Assembly: GCA_040225955.1 (NCBI GenBank)
Contig: JBECUL010000005.1
Coordinates: 1 to 64,000 of the forward strand
Source: Candidatus Asgardarchaeum abyssi
GTDB taxonomy: Archaea > Asgardarchaeota > Asgardarchaeia > Asgardarchaeales > Asgardarchaeaceae
Length of the DNA stretch: 64,000 nucleotides
Reading direction: 5' to 3'
The translations under genes were made by a program, and so were the position numbers. Position 1 is the stretch's first letter; each line of letters begins with the position of its first letter. The notes below the pieces were generated by a model that was given only the letters and a program-made list of their open reading frames with translations, had not been told where the DNA came from and made no database searches. Shown here one piece after another: positions 10,367-20,760 of this stretch.

Positions 10367-10514
10367 TTTTTCCATTCCTATTGTTTTTATCCGAGCCACA
10401 TGCGAATTTACTTTAATCTCCTAATATTATCCATGTAAGTAATTCTACAAATAGAGCGATCAATGTGTAATCAATAGTCCAAACTTGATAGTCACACGAA
10501 TAATGGTGAGTAAT

Positions 10515-11267
10515 ATGAAATCAAATTTTAAAATATATCAACTACTAAAAGTGTTTAGAAAAAATTTAGTTTTCTTGGCAATAATAGTGAGTATTTTTCT
10601 CTTGCCGTTACCTCTTCTCTTCATTTATAGTGATTCTAATATACCAAATGTAAGATATCTGTGCGATGATGACTATTACGGCATGAGAGTAATTCAGATA
10701 AACGACATGAATATAACACTAGCAAAAAATAACATATTTGACAACTTTACCTTCTGTGACATTAATGGCACGAAGCATGTTTATTATAACAATTTCTGGC
10801 TTTTCGAATACAGGCGTATAGAAGGTAATGAATCAAGGTTTACAATTGTTTTCTCAGTCAACTATACAGGCCACCATTTCGAACAGCTTATTGTATGGTT
10901 CAAAGCTGACAATCTCACAAATTCGCAGACACCTTTTTATAATAGCTTAAATCGCAATTGGCGTGCAATAAACTGGACTATTATCACAACGGAAGATATT
11001 TACTCTCAGTATAATCCTGCTAACGCACTTTATAAGGCTGCTCATTTTGTGACTCAGAATTATTACGGCTTCTCTAGAGTTAATCTGATATGCTTAATCC
11101 CTAATTATTTACTAAATGGGAATTTTAAGGAATTCAGCTTTATATGGATGATCTGGCTGTGGAAACAATATAACGCAACACATTCTCTCGGATACTCAAT
11201 AATCCTCTCACCAGATGCACAAATAATAAGCTTCAACTACACAATAAACCAGTATATATTTGGATAA
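10515..11267 (+). CDS. Exported protein, paralogue 4
   Basis: GGTGAG RBS. Motifs NYTGHHF, WRAINWT (shared with paralogue 3), YNPAN, FSFIWMI, ILSPDAQII. Confidence 0.75.
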   Translation: MKSNFKIYQLLKVFRKNLVFLAIIVSIFLLPLPLLFIYSDSNIPNVRYLCDDDYYGMRVIQINDMNITLAKNNIFDNFTFCDINGTKHVYYNNFWLFEYRRIEGNESRFTIVFSVNYTGHHFEQLIVWFKADNLTNSQTPFYNSLNRNWRAINWTIITTEDIYSQYNPANALYKAAHFVTQNYYGFSRVNLICLIPNYLLNGNFKEFSFIWMIWLWKQYNATHSLGYSIILSPDAQIISFNYTINQYIFG

Positions 11268-11384
11268 TTGAGCATATTTAGAAAATCTTGGAAAAATAAT
11301 TGGATAAATAAACGATAGAAATGAGAAGTGGTAATATTGTTTTATCAAAAAGAAGATAAAATAAGAAATTGCAAAATGTCAGAC

Positions 11385-12932
11385 TTATTGAAGATATTTT
11401 TTAATTAGATTATCGGTGAGACCGTTATTTTCTGCAATTTCTCTGAAGACCTCTGAACTTTTACGAGGCTTTCTTTCTTTAGTTTTTAAGTCTACTTCGA
11501 TAAGCCCAAAACGTTTACTAAAGCCGTGAGCCCATTCGTAGTTATCTGTCAGTGCCCAATGAAGATATCCATCAACATCAATTTTATCTTCTTTAATAGC
11601 AAGCTCTAATTGATGAACATGTTGGACTATGAACCATGATCTTAAGACATCTTCGGCGTCGGCAAGTCCATTTTCAGTTACTATTATAGGCTTATTGTAT
11701 TTTGCTGCAATATTTAGGCTTTCTCTTAATCCCTCTGGATATACTTCCCAACCGAAATCTGTTGTTGGGCGATTATCAAGGGATTTACTTCGTGGCTCGC
11801 ACTCACCTCCATATCCAGCAACAAATTCAAAACTTGCAAGTTCAAATCCTGGAACTAAAGGCTTTTCTGAATGTTTTACAACAAATCTTACATAATAATT
11901 AACACCAATCCAATCCAATTTGTTTCTAAATGACTTAAGCTTTTCATCGTCAGAGATTTCCATATTTAAATCTAGGTCCACTTCGCCTTTAACTATCGAA
12001 TTTAAGAGCCATCTGTTCCTCATATAGTCAACTATTTTTGCTGCTTGAATGTCTCTTTCGTCGTCCTTTTTAAGCGGATGTACTGGTGTAAAATTATGAA
12101 TTATTCCAACGAATGCAGCCTCGTCGCTATCATCATCTGCCTTGATGGTATCCCATTTCTTTATAGTGTCATATGCACAAACATGGGCATTTGTCAGGTT
12201 AACTATAGCTGCCAAATAACCCTCTGCTGCTGCAACGCCAGGAGGAAATCCAGCCTCTGGTACTAAATATCCAGCTTCTGCAACAACAAAGGGCTCATTA
12301 AGTGTAGCCCACATATCAACGAGATCTCCAAAGAGATTTGCCACAACTGATACATATTTAATAAATTCGATAACTGTTTCTGGGTCTACCCATCCAAGCG
12401 GTCCTTCTTCTAAATTTGTTCTTCTTGCAACAATCGGGTCATGAATCCATATAGGTAATGTGAAATGGTTCAAACAAACTATTACTTTTATTCCTTGCTC
12501 TCGTAAATCTTTTATGATTTCTCTATAATGGTTCACCGCACTTCTATTTATATGGGTAAGCAGCCTCTTCATATCTTCCTCTTCAACAACTATACTATCA
12601 AAAAGCCCTGTGTCTTCATTCTCCTTAACATAAACTTCAACATCGCGTGTTGACATTGCCAATATACGACTCCACTCAATACCTATACGATACGCATTCA
12701 TCCCTAGTTTCTTTATAAGCTCATGATCCTTCTTATAAAGCTCCCAGTAATTTATTCCATGCTCCGGCAGATCACCGCTAACCAACTTTTTCTTAATATT
12801 TTCTTCATCATGAACCCAGGCCCACCAATCACTATTCGAATCTATGAATTTCCCTTCTGGATTACCCATTTCAAATTGAAAACCACTCTCTGAAGCACCC
12901 CATAAAAATCTCTTTTTCATCCTTCTCACCAA
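11385..12932 (-). CDS. Glycoside hydrolase family 1 beta-glycosidase (archaeal LacS/BgaS type)
   Basis: FLWGASESGFQFEMG, TLNEP acid/base, VTENG nucleophile, DNYEW. Confidence 0.93.
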   Translation of the reverse strand: MVRRMKKRFLWGASESGFQFEMGNPEGKFIDSNSDWWAWVHDEENIKKKLVSGDLPEHGINYWELYKKDHELIKKLGMNAYRIGIEWSRILAMSTRDVEVYVKENEDTGLFDSIVVEEEDMKRLLTHINRSAVNHYREIIKDLREQGIKVIVCLNHFTLPIWIHDPIVARRTNLEEGPLGWVDPETVIEFIKYVSVVANLFGDLVDMWATLNEPFVVAEAGYLVPEAGFPPGVAAAEGYLAAIVNLTNAHVCAYDTIKKWDTIKADDDSDEAAFVGIIHNFTPVHPLKKDDERDIQAAKIVDYMRNRWLLNSIVKGEVDLDLNMEISDDEKLKSFRNKLDWIGVNYYVRFVVKHSEKPLVPGFELASFEFVAGYGGECEPRSKSLDNRPTTDFGWEVYPEGLRESLNIAAKYNKPIIVTENGLADAEDVLRSWFIVQHVHQLELAIKEDKIDVDGYLHWALTDNYEWAHGFSKRFGLIEVDLKTKERKPRKSSEVFREIAENNGLTDNLIKKYLQ

Positions 12933-13233
12933 ATCTAAGATTAATGTTTTTATTTTGGCAAATTAGGTATATTTAACACTTTAGATCCCATCATATCATT
13001 CACTTTTCCATAAACCTCTAGTGGCTCAACAAAATTCAGCTCTTCGAAGATTAAACTATTCCAAGATTAGGTGAAAGTTGGGATGGTAACCTGCCAGTAG
13101 CGGAGTTTTACATCCCAGATATTGTTAGATGGTTTCCATTAACACGATTTCAATTGACGAAGAGATAAAATACTTAATTGATGAAAAAATAAGTTAATAA
13201 ATAAAGGTGTTTGGAGCTTGGAGGGATAATATA

Positions 13234-14226
13234 GTGAGAATTCTTGTGACAGGGGCTACTGGATTCATAGGAAGACACCTTGTGAATGCCCTTTTAAAGG
13301 AAGATAAATATGATATTGTCGTGATGTATAGAAACTCAGAGAAGGTGAAAGAGCTTGAGAAGTTAGGAATTGAAACAAGGTATGGCGATTTATCAGAAAT
13401 TAAGACTCTTGATAACATAACAAAGGATGTGGATGTGGTTATTCATCTTGCTACACTCATGAGATTCCATGCAAAATGGGAAAAACTCTATATGCAGAAT
13501 GTTGTGGCTACGAAAGTTATCGCAGAAGATGCTATGAAAAACGGGGTTGATTACTTCATATATACAAGTTCAACTGAAGCAATAGGCCCTGTAAAAACAA
13601 TTCCCGCCGATGAAACGCATCCATATAATCCAGATTATACTTATGGTATTTCAAAAATGATGGCAGAAAAAATACTAAATAAGTTTCATGAGGAAAATGG
13701 TTTTCCAGTAACAATCTTGAGACCAACAGGGGTTTATGGCCCTGGAGATTTATATGTTACATACTCTGTTCTTAAAGCCATCGCTAATGGTAAAATGAAA
13801 TATCTTCCCGGAAAAGGAGACAAATACGTCCACTTTACGTATGTTGAAGATGTGATCCAGGGATTTATTAAGGCTCTCGAAAATAGGTCAGCAGCTATTG
13901 GTGAAACATTTATCATAGCAAGTGATGACTATTATACATACAAGGACGCCTTTACCATTATGGCAGAGTTACTTGGGGCTCCACCACCAGAAAAATCAAT
14001 ACCAGTTCCTTTAGCAAAAGTTTTAATCTGGTTTGTGGAAACTGCTAACAAAATTAAGAGAGTTAACGACTTTGTAATGCACACATCGGTTGTAAGGGAT
14101 ATGACTAAGAATCGAGCATACACTAATAAAAAGGCGAAAGAGAAATTAGGATTTAGTCCGAAATATAGCTTTAGAGAAGGAATGAAAATTACAATTGGGT
14201 GGTATCAGCAGCAAAATCTCATTTAA
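13234..14226 (+). CDS. NAD-dependent epimerase/dehydratase (extended SDR)
   Basis: ILVTGATGFIG, YGISK (YxxxK), LRPTGVYGPGD. GTG at 13234 follows a GGAGGG RBS. Confidence 0.9.
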   Translation: MRILVTGATGFIGRHLVNALLKEDKYDIVVMYRNSEKVKELEKLGIETRYGDLSEIKTLDNITKDVDVVIHLATLMRFHAKWEKLYMQNVVATKVIAEDAMKNGVDYFIYTSSTEAIGPVKTIPADETHPYNPDYTYGISKMMAEKILNKFHEENGFPVTILRPTGVYGPGDLYVTYSVLKAIANGKMKYLPGKGDKYVHFTYVEDVIQGFIKALENRSAAIGETFIIASDDYYTYKDAFTIMAELLGAPPPEKSIPVPLAKVLIWFVETANKIKRVNDFVMHTSVVRDMTKNRAYTNKKAKEKLGFSPKYSFREGMKITIGWYQQQNLI

Positions 14227-14387
14227 CCTTATATTTATTTATCTTATCTCTAAATCCAGTTTAGATGATAATTTTTATTAGAGTGAGAAAAAGTAGTTTA
14301 CAATATATATGGAAATTTCCTAAAAGTTTATGGTGCTCCATTTTTATCACATAGTAGTATTAGAAAAGGGAGCTAAGGTGTCTACAT

Positions 14388-15617
14388 TTGAGTGAGCCAG
14401 AGGACTATGAAGAGGAACTAAGAAAAATATACAAATGGAATGTTGTGGGACTTATTCTAAGCTGGGTTGTCTGGTCTCCATTCCAAGCAATGGCTCAGCC
14501 ATATTTTCAACTTTATGCAAAGGAGCTAGGAGCTACACCGATTATTCTTTCTATACTTTCTTTTGTTTCAAATATTACTATCAGTTTTTCAAGAATTTTG
14601 GGGGGATATGTCGCTGATAAATACGGAAGAAAGAAAATTGTTGTCTATATGACTGCAGTTTTCAGCTTCTCATACCTCATTTATGCATATGCCCCGAGTT
14701 GGGATTGGCTTCTGGTAGGAGCATTTTTATCGAGCGTGGCTCTTTTATACCAGCCAGCACTTTGGAGCATAATGTCTGATTCAACTCCTAAGGAAAAACG
14801 TGGAAAGATATTTTCCTTATATAATTTTATCCCACGTGTTCTATCTTCAATAGCCCCTCTTGTTGCAATATATTTCATTCAAACACTTACTTTTGTCCCT
14901 GCAATGAGATTTATGTGTTTTCTATCTTTTGCTAGTGGTCTGATGGCGTTTTTGATTCGTTTAACATTCTTAAAGGAAACACTCATTACGAGAAATAAAA
15001 TTCTGAAGGAGGGGATGTCTTTTCAGAAAGTTTACAAAGACGCACTAATATTCATAAAGAATAATCTTTTATACATTTTAATCGTTGAAATACTTTTTGG
15101 CTGCGCTTTAACTATGAATTTTCTAGCAGCTTATTATTCGGTTTACTATTTGGGATTAAGCGAAGTTGATTGGGGTTATATATGGACTGTTGGAGGAATT
15201 TTCGCTCTTGCTTCCACATTACCTTCAGGAGTTATGATAGATAGAATAGGGAGAAAGCCGGTTATTCTATTTTCTACCCTTTCATTTATGTTTGGCAGTT
15301 TAATTTTCTTCATTTCTCCGTATATGACGAGTAACATTTTCGTCTTGGTATTAATAGCTTTAGTAGCAACTAATATTGGATCCTCTATATTTTTCATAGT
15401 TTACAACGCGATAGTTACTGATATGATACCTTTAGAATTTAGAGGGAGGGTTAATTCAGTCTTAACCCTTTTAACTGGAATCATAAATAGTTTTGTTGCA
15501 CTCCTGGCAGGGTACATCTATACTCGATTTGGTGCAAACATACCGTTCCTAATCAGCACGATAGTCACTCTTTTTACAATAACTACGATAATTATTAAAA
15601 TTAGGGAAACAAAATAA
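14388..15617 (+). CDS. MFS transporter
   Basis: Twelve TM segments with GYVADKYGRK and GVMIDRIGRK motif-A copies. Confidence 0.92.
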   Translation: MSEPEDYEEELRKIYKWNVVGLILSWVVWSPFQAMAQPYFQLYAKELGATPIILSILSFVSNITISFSRILGGYVADKYGRKKIVVYMTAVFSFSYLIYAYAPSWDWLLVGAFLSSVALLYQPALWSIMSDSTPKEKRGKIFSLYNFIPRVLSSIAPLVAIYFIQTLTFVPAMRFMCFLSFASGLMAFLIRLTFLKETLITRNKILKEGMSFQKVYKDALIFIKNNLLYILIVEILFGCALTMNFLAAYYSVYYLGLSEVDWGYIWTVGGIFALASTLPSGVMIDRIGRKPVILFSTLSFMFGSLIFFISPYMTSNIFVLVLIALVATNIGSSIFFIVYNAIVTDMIPLEFRGRVNSVLTLLTGIINSFVALLAGYIYTRFGANIPFLISTIVTLFTITTIIIKIRETK

Positions 15618-15751
15618 CGTCTCAAAATATTTTTTAGAAGATATGAAGGACAAGCGAGTTTTTTACTCACTTACGATTTTAATATGTCGCTATATTAGAT
15701 AGTTTTATATTCCAAAACGACTATAATTATTTAGCTAGTAAGAGCGACAAG

Positions 15752-16165
15752 GTGGAGTTATTGAGTGAAGGCATACTTTTAAAAACCAACAAGTATGCAA
15801 CAATTTCAACGTTTATAATAATCTTTGAAACAATTCTCGGGTTTGTGTTATCATCTTTATTCAACATCTCGGTTCCATCAACTCTTGAGGTTTCTGTAAC
15901 GCTCTTTCTTTTAGGACTGCTTTTCGTATTTCTAGGAGTTTATCTAATACACTTTTTTGCTGGAAGAACAAGGAAGAAAATAACAAACAAGCATGTTTTA
16001 ATAAGTATGGGTGTCTCCTTAATTCCGTCAATTTTTGGGATTTTTGTTCAACTTATAAAGCAATCTGTCCCATCAAGCTTTTATGCAGATGTCTTTTCTC
16101 TTGCATTGCTTATTTTATCCATAGCTGGAGTTGAGATGATAAGGACATTCATAGAAGAGATATAA
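15752..16165 (+). CDS. Hypothetical 4-TM membrane protein
   Basis: Hydrophobic 137-aa ORF. Confidence 0.65.
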   Translation: MELLSEGILLKTNKYATISTFIIIFETILGFVLSSLFNISVPSTLEVSVTLFLLGLLFVFLGVYLIHFFAGRTRKKITNKHVLISMGVSLIPSIFGIFVQLIKQSVPSSFYADVFSLALLILSIAGVEMIRTFIEEI

Positions 16166-16271
16166 CTTAAGGCTTTATGAGTAAATTATATAGGCTTAGT
16201 TCTTTCTTTTTAAAACCTTGACATAAACTTGATACATATCATAAAATATAGTGGTGGATATAAAGTTTGAG

Positions 16272-16670
16272 TCAAGATCTCTCTAATTCTTTAATGAGTA
16301 TTTTAAGAAGCTGATCTGCATCTTGTAGATTTTGCTGCAAAAACTCATAAACTAATCTTAAATTTATATTAGCATAAGCATGAGCCAATACATTCCTAAA
16401 CCTTGCCATTTCAACGAAATTATTTATTTTCTCTTTCGGAATTATGTTATTCTCAGCCAATACGTATATGTAGTCTGCGTATGATTTAGGTTTTCTGAAT
16501 CCTCTTTTTGCAATTAATTTTCCAGCTAAGTCAAGTAATCCTTGGATGAGTGTGTACAAGTACCACAAAGCAGTCGCATGTAATTTCCAATCGGATAAAA
16601 ATTCATTAATATCAGCTTTTGATATCTCTTTTAACTTTTGGATAGAGTCAATAACAACATCAACTGTCAT
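16272..16670 (-). CDS. hepT: HEPN/DUF86 (HepT-like) RNase toxin
   Basis: RNVLAHAY (Rx4HxY) motif. Overlaps the MNT gene. Confidence 0.85.
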   Translation of the reverse strand: MTVDVVIDSIQKLKEISKADINEFLSDWKLHATALWYLYTLIQGLLDLAGKLIAKRGFRKPKSYADYIYVLAENNIIPKEKINNFVEMARFRNVLAHAYANINLRLVYEFLQQNLQDADQLLKILIKELERS

Positions 16671-17071
16671 TTCAAATACCTCTCTATTAAGCTCTTTTCT
16701 ATTGCGTCCAAGGCATTTTTCTCATCAATCCCAAGAAGCATTGCTTTGGATTCAAACTCTATTCTATGTTCTTCGTTGCGTGAGAAAATAAGAATTCCGT
16801 TACTAATTACGATGTATCGAAGACTGTAAGGTGCTCTATTTAAAACTAGTAAGTCTATATTTTCACCCAGTTTATCAATTATTCTTGCGTTTAATCGCAT
16901 TATGCTTTTTAAAGAATCATCATTCAGGTAAACAGCAATATCAATATCACTTAAAGGATGGGTTCTACCATTAACCATGGATCCAAAAATATAGGCAAAC
17001 TCTACGTTTTTGTCATCATCAAATATCTTTATCAGAATATTTTTTATCTTCTCTAAATTTTTAAGCATCAA
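16667..17071 (-). CDS. mntA: Minimal nucleotidyltransferase antitoxin
   Basis: FGS-x10-DIDIAV motif. Confidence 0.87.
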   Translation of the reverse strand: MMLKNLEKIKNILIKIFDDDKNVEFAYIFGSMVNGRTHPLSDIDIAVYLNDDSLKSIMRLNARIIDKLGENIDLLVLNRAPYSLRYIVISNGILIFSRNEEHRIEFESKAMLLGIDEKNALDAIEKSLIERYLK

Positions 17072-17165
17072 TACTCCCTACATCTAGATTTATACACTAT
17101 AAGTCAGTTTTACTTATATGCATTTCACTTATAAAAGAAGTATATAACTTTTAGTTGTAAAAAGG

Positions 17166-17684
17166 TTATGTGTAATCCATATAAATGTATGAATATTTCC
17201 TTTGAATTAGTCTCTCAAGTTCTTTTTTCAGCTTCACGTTAATTTCTCGCTGCTTTTCCGATAAATATTCAAATGGTGTTCTCTTGGACAATAATATAGG
17301 TCCAGCGATAGCAGGTTTATCTTCAACTTCATCAAGTGGTTTAGGCTCGGTTCTAAGAATTTCTCTAACAATTTCAGTGGCTGCTTTTCCATCTCTTAGC
17401 TGAGTTAAAATTTTAAATATTTTCTCACTGGACACTGGACGTAAACCAAAAGGATATTGCGATTTAGGAAGTTTTGTAAATGGATCTAATTTCTCCTTAA
17501 GTGCAAACCCAACCGTTTTATACGGATTGACTGAAAATTCTTTAATTATCCAGACTGTATCCTTATGAACAACTAATACATCATAGAATCCACTCTTATC
17601 CTTTCCAACATATATTTTCCAGCCTATCGGGTCACTATTATACTCATGCCAGATTTCTTGTCTTGCCTTATCAGATGATATCAT
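17166..17684 (-). CDS. Hypothetical protein
   Basis: 172-aa ORF with normal composition and no recognised motif. Confidence 0.7.
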   Translation of the reverse strand: MISSDKARQEIWHEYNSDPIGWKIYVGKDKSGFYDVLVVHKDTVWIIKEFSVNPYKTVGFALKEKLDPFTKLPKSQYPFGLRPVSSEKIFKILTQLRDGKAATEIVREILRTEPKPLDEVEDKPAIAGPILLSKRTPFEYLSEKQREINVKLKKELERLIQRKYSYIYMDYT

Positions 17685-17792
17685 GGCTCGAACCTTATTT
17701 TTTCCTACTTATAAATAGATAAATAACATTTAAATTTTTATCTTTAAAGTGACATAAAATGTTCGTGAGTATGGGTTTCCTTAACTGGTGAT

Positions 17793-18413
17793 ATGATGCA
17801 TCCTTTGCTCCACAGCTTTACTGCATATAAACTTTATCCAGAAAACGTAGTGATCATCATTTCCTCATTTATTCCAGATACTAAAGTAGTTAAGAGACTT
17901 TTACATGGGAGGATATATTTTGGTAGCAATCCAACAGTGGAATCCGTTTATGAAACAATAGAGGATATAAAAGCAAGAATAACAGAAGACGAGGCTCTTG
18001 GTATTGCTATACATCTTCTTGGCGATTTGTGGTGGGAGGAAAATATAAGAATCTTGTTCAAAGGGTTCTCTCTATTTTATAGGAGATGTATAGAAACATC
18101 ATGGGCAATGACATATCTCAAGGAGATGTATCCAAATCAAGGGAGGTTCCTCTATAAGCTATTAAAGGAACATAGAACCGATATGTTAGAGATTGTGAAA
18201 AGGTTAATTGATGATGTTATCAATGAGAATGAGGTTTTAGCGGATATAACTGAGGGTATCGAGCATTATGTTGACCCACGTATAAGCTTCAGAAGAGTAA
18301 TTCCAAAAATAGAAGAGTTTCATGAAATAATTTATGAGAAATTTGATCTGGATTCGCTACTTAGTTTTATAAGAGAACATATTAAAAAATCTAATGAAAA
18401 ACGGCAATTTTAA
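17793..18413 (+). CDS. Putative metal-dependent hydrolase (zinc phospholipase C-like fold)
   Basis: N-terminal His residues, FIPD, LLH, GIAIHLLGD. GGTGA RBS. Confidence 0.55.
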   Translation: MMHPLLHSFTAYKLYPENVVIIISSFIPDTKVVKRLLHGRIYFGSNPTVESVYETIEDIKARITEDEALGIAIHLLGDLWWEENIRILFKGFSLFYRRCIETSWAMTYLKEMYPNQGRFLYKLLKEHRTDMLEIVKRLIDDVINENEVLADITEGIEHYVDPRISFRRVIPKIEEFHEIIYEKFDLDSLLSFIREHIKKSNEKRQF

Positions 18414-18514
18414 GGTTTATTAATGATAAGATTTAGGATAAAAATTTAAATTGTAGGATAATATTAATATTGGTAGGATTTTATAAAAATAATACTGAAA
18501 GTGGTGATTAAAAG

Positions 18515-18742
18515 ATGGCATCTATAGTTAAGGTTACTAGGAGAGGACAAACAACAATTCCTAAAAATATAAGAAAGGAATTAAACATAAAGGAAGGGGA
18601 CTACTTACTAGTTGAGACTGATGGGAAAAAAATAATTTTTATGCCTCTAAAAAGAGTTGAAGATTTAGCAGGAATTTTTGCTGATGTTGCAGATGTTGCT
18701 GAAATAAAAAAGCAAATTGAGAGCATGAGGAGCGAATATTGA
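18515..18742 (+). CDS. vapB: AbrB/MazE/SpoVT antitoxin
   Basis: VKVTRRGQTTIPKNIRKELNIKEGD. Confidence 0.9.
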   Translation: MASIVKVTRRGQTTIPKNIRKELNIKEGDYLLVETDGKKIIFMPLKRVEDLAGIFADVADVAEIKKQIESMRSEY

Positions 18743-19146
18743 TGTCATCGCCTATTGTTATAGATACTAGATTTTTCATAGAATACTTATTTTCTTCTGA
18801 TAAAAACACTAGAGAGAGGGCTATTAGAAGAATTAAGGAATTAATTAAAAGGAAAACTGGTATTGTGCCAACTATTGTAGTTTCTGAACTAACCAAGTTC
18901 ATCTGTCAATATAAAGGCATAGACGATGCGAAAGTAATAGTATATACACTCATAGTACCTAATTTTGATATTGTAGATGTGGATGCATCAATCGCTATTC
19001 ATGCAGGGATTCTAAAATGTAAAAATCCGAATGTGCCTATCGGAGATTGCATCATTGGAGCTATTGCCAAGAAGTATAATGCAAAAGTACTCACCGACGA
19101 TCCTCACTTTAAGGAAGATCTGAAAATAGAAACTATATGGATATAG
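18739..19146 (+). CDS. vapC: PIN-domain VapC toxin
   Basis: VIDT, SE, GDCII and LTDDPHF acidic PIN residues. Confidence 0.9.
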   Translation: MMSSPIVIDTRFFIEYLFSSDKNTRERAIRRIKELIKRKTGIVPTIVVSELTKFICQYKGIDDAKVIVYTLIVPNFDIVDVDASIAIHAGILKCKNPNVPIGDCIIGAIAKKYNAKVLTDDPHFKEDLKIETIWI

Positions 19147-19165
19147 CGACAAAGCTAAATTATTT

Positions 19166-20032
19166 CTAATTTTGAGACTTCCTAATATCATTTTGGTCTT
19201 CTATGGATTGAATTGCTGTTTTCAACTCAGAAATTTTTCTTAGTATCTCATTTCTCAAGTTTGTTAATCGTCTATTCCAACTATCAATTGATTTACTTAT
19301 TTCTTCACTGAGTTTCTCTAAAGACAGAATTGTCTGAATAATTCCACTTTGTGAGATACTATCCGCTAATTTTCTTATATCCGTACCATTCATTGATAGC
19401 AAAGTCAATGCTGCTCTAATTGCAGCATAAATTGTTATGTGTCCCTTTCCTTGATAACTTGCCAAAAATATCGTTTTGTTTGCTCGCGATATGTACCGGC
19501 TGGGATAACTTGTGATAGCAGCATCATCAGAAACAACAAGAATGCCGAACGGGGAATTCAGAGCATCCAAATCTCTAAATAGCTTATCAATTTGTTCTCT
19601 TGGAAGGCGTGTGGTGTACTCTTTAGCATCAATTACTATGGGAATAGAAGACTCCACTATAGCTCCTGTTGGTGTTTTAACTCTGGGATATATCACTATA
19701 TCTCCTTTATATGGCGTATTTGCTGTGAATTCTATTTTGTCCTCAGGGTAGGCACCCAACAACTCATTAAAAATTACCTCTTGAAATTTTTGACCTTTTA
19801 AAACTGGGGATGACTTTTCCCCCGTAATATACTCATTAACTTTTGCATATCCCTGGATTAAGAATGAAAGTTGCTCCTGAACGTCAGAAAATCTTTTATA
19901 AACCTCATTTAGTTCAGAAATCGTTTTTGTGTCTGTATTTTTTATTTTGAATAATGTTAGAATTTGAATTACAAAAAGGAGAATTATAACAACAAGAAGT
20001 ATGATTTCAAAATAATCCATGTTTGAGATCAC
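19166..20032 (-). CDS. Membrane-anchored RmuC-like PD-(D/E)xK nuclease with coiled coils
   Basis: N-terminal TM, then KGQKFQE...GDIVI...IVIDAKEY, then a C-terminal coiled coil. Confidence 0.6.
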   Translation of the reverse strand: MISNMDYFEIILLVVIILLFVIQILTLFKIKNTDTKTISELNEVYKRFSDVQEQLSFLIQGYAKVNEYITGEKSSPVLKGQKFQEVIFNELLGAYPEDKIEFTANTPYKGDIVIYPRVKTPTGAIVESSIPIVIDAKEYTTRLPREQIDKLFRDLDALNSPFGILVVSDDAAITSYPSRYISRANKTIFLASYQGKGHITIYAAIRAALTLLSMNGTDIRKLADSISQSGIIQTILSLEKLSEEISKSIDSWNRRLTNLRNEILRKISELKTAIQSIEDQNDIRKSQN

Positions 20033-20478
20033 CCATTAGCTTCGAGATTTCATCAATTGGAGATATTAGTCGTCTTGAAATCCTTACATAATCAAAATCT
20101 GTAAGTCCTTACTTATTAATAGTACGATAACCCTAGCCTCTAACTATTTTTCGGCAGATCATAAATTATAAGCCATGAGCTTAATACCAATCGCAGTTAG
20201 AAGAAGTTAATTACTTATCAAGTATGAAATAACACCAATCACCTGATTTAGCGCTATCTACTCATGAAAGTTTTACTATAAAGACTTCCAACACAGATGT
20301 TAAACTTTCATTTTAACGATAAAAATAAGCCATAAAAATGTTTGAAGTGACTAAGTTAATCAATGTTTTACAAATGAAAATTACTTAAACATGCTCTGAA
20401 ACATAAAACGAATCTTATAGAGTTTTGGTAGAAAATTATTTTTAGTAGAAAATGGTAAAAAGTATCATGGTGGAAAGT

Positions 20479-20760
20479 ATGTACACTAGCGTGAAAATCA
20501 CATCGGAAACTAAAAAGAAACTTGAAAAACTTCAAGCTTTACTTACACTCACGCTTGGAGAAAAAATAGCTCTTCAAGAAATCATGGATGTTATCATAGA
20601 TAAGAGTTTAAAAGACCTTGATTCAATAGTTCAACATTTTTCGAAAAGAAAAAAGCTATCTGAAAAGGATATCCAAAAAATTTTGTCAGAAATACCTATG
20701 GATTTGGATGTCGAGACTTCTGAAGAAGACATAGATAAGGCGTTATATGGGGGTGACTAA
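20479..20760 (+). CDS. vapB: RHH-like antitoxin
   Basis: MYTSVKITSETKKKL and C-terminal SEEDIDKALYG. Abuts the PIN gene. Confidence 0.75.
   Translation: MYTSVKITSETKKKLEKLQALLTLTLGEKIALQEIMDVIIDKSLKDLDSIVQHFSKRKKLSEKDIQKILSEIPMDLDVETSEEDIDKALYGGD

Noticed and set aside
12980-13140. Hairpin TGGGATG...CATCCCA and a possible gene relic between the GH1 and SDR genes
   Set aside because: The stem is short and the reading frames are interrupted with no recognisable family, so it cannot be told from chance.
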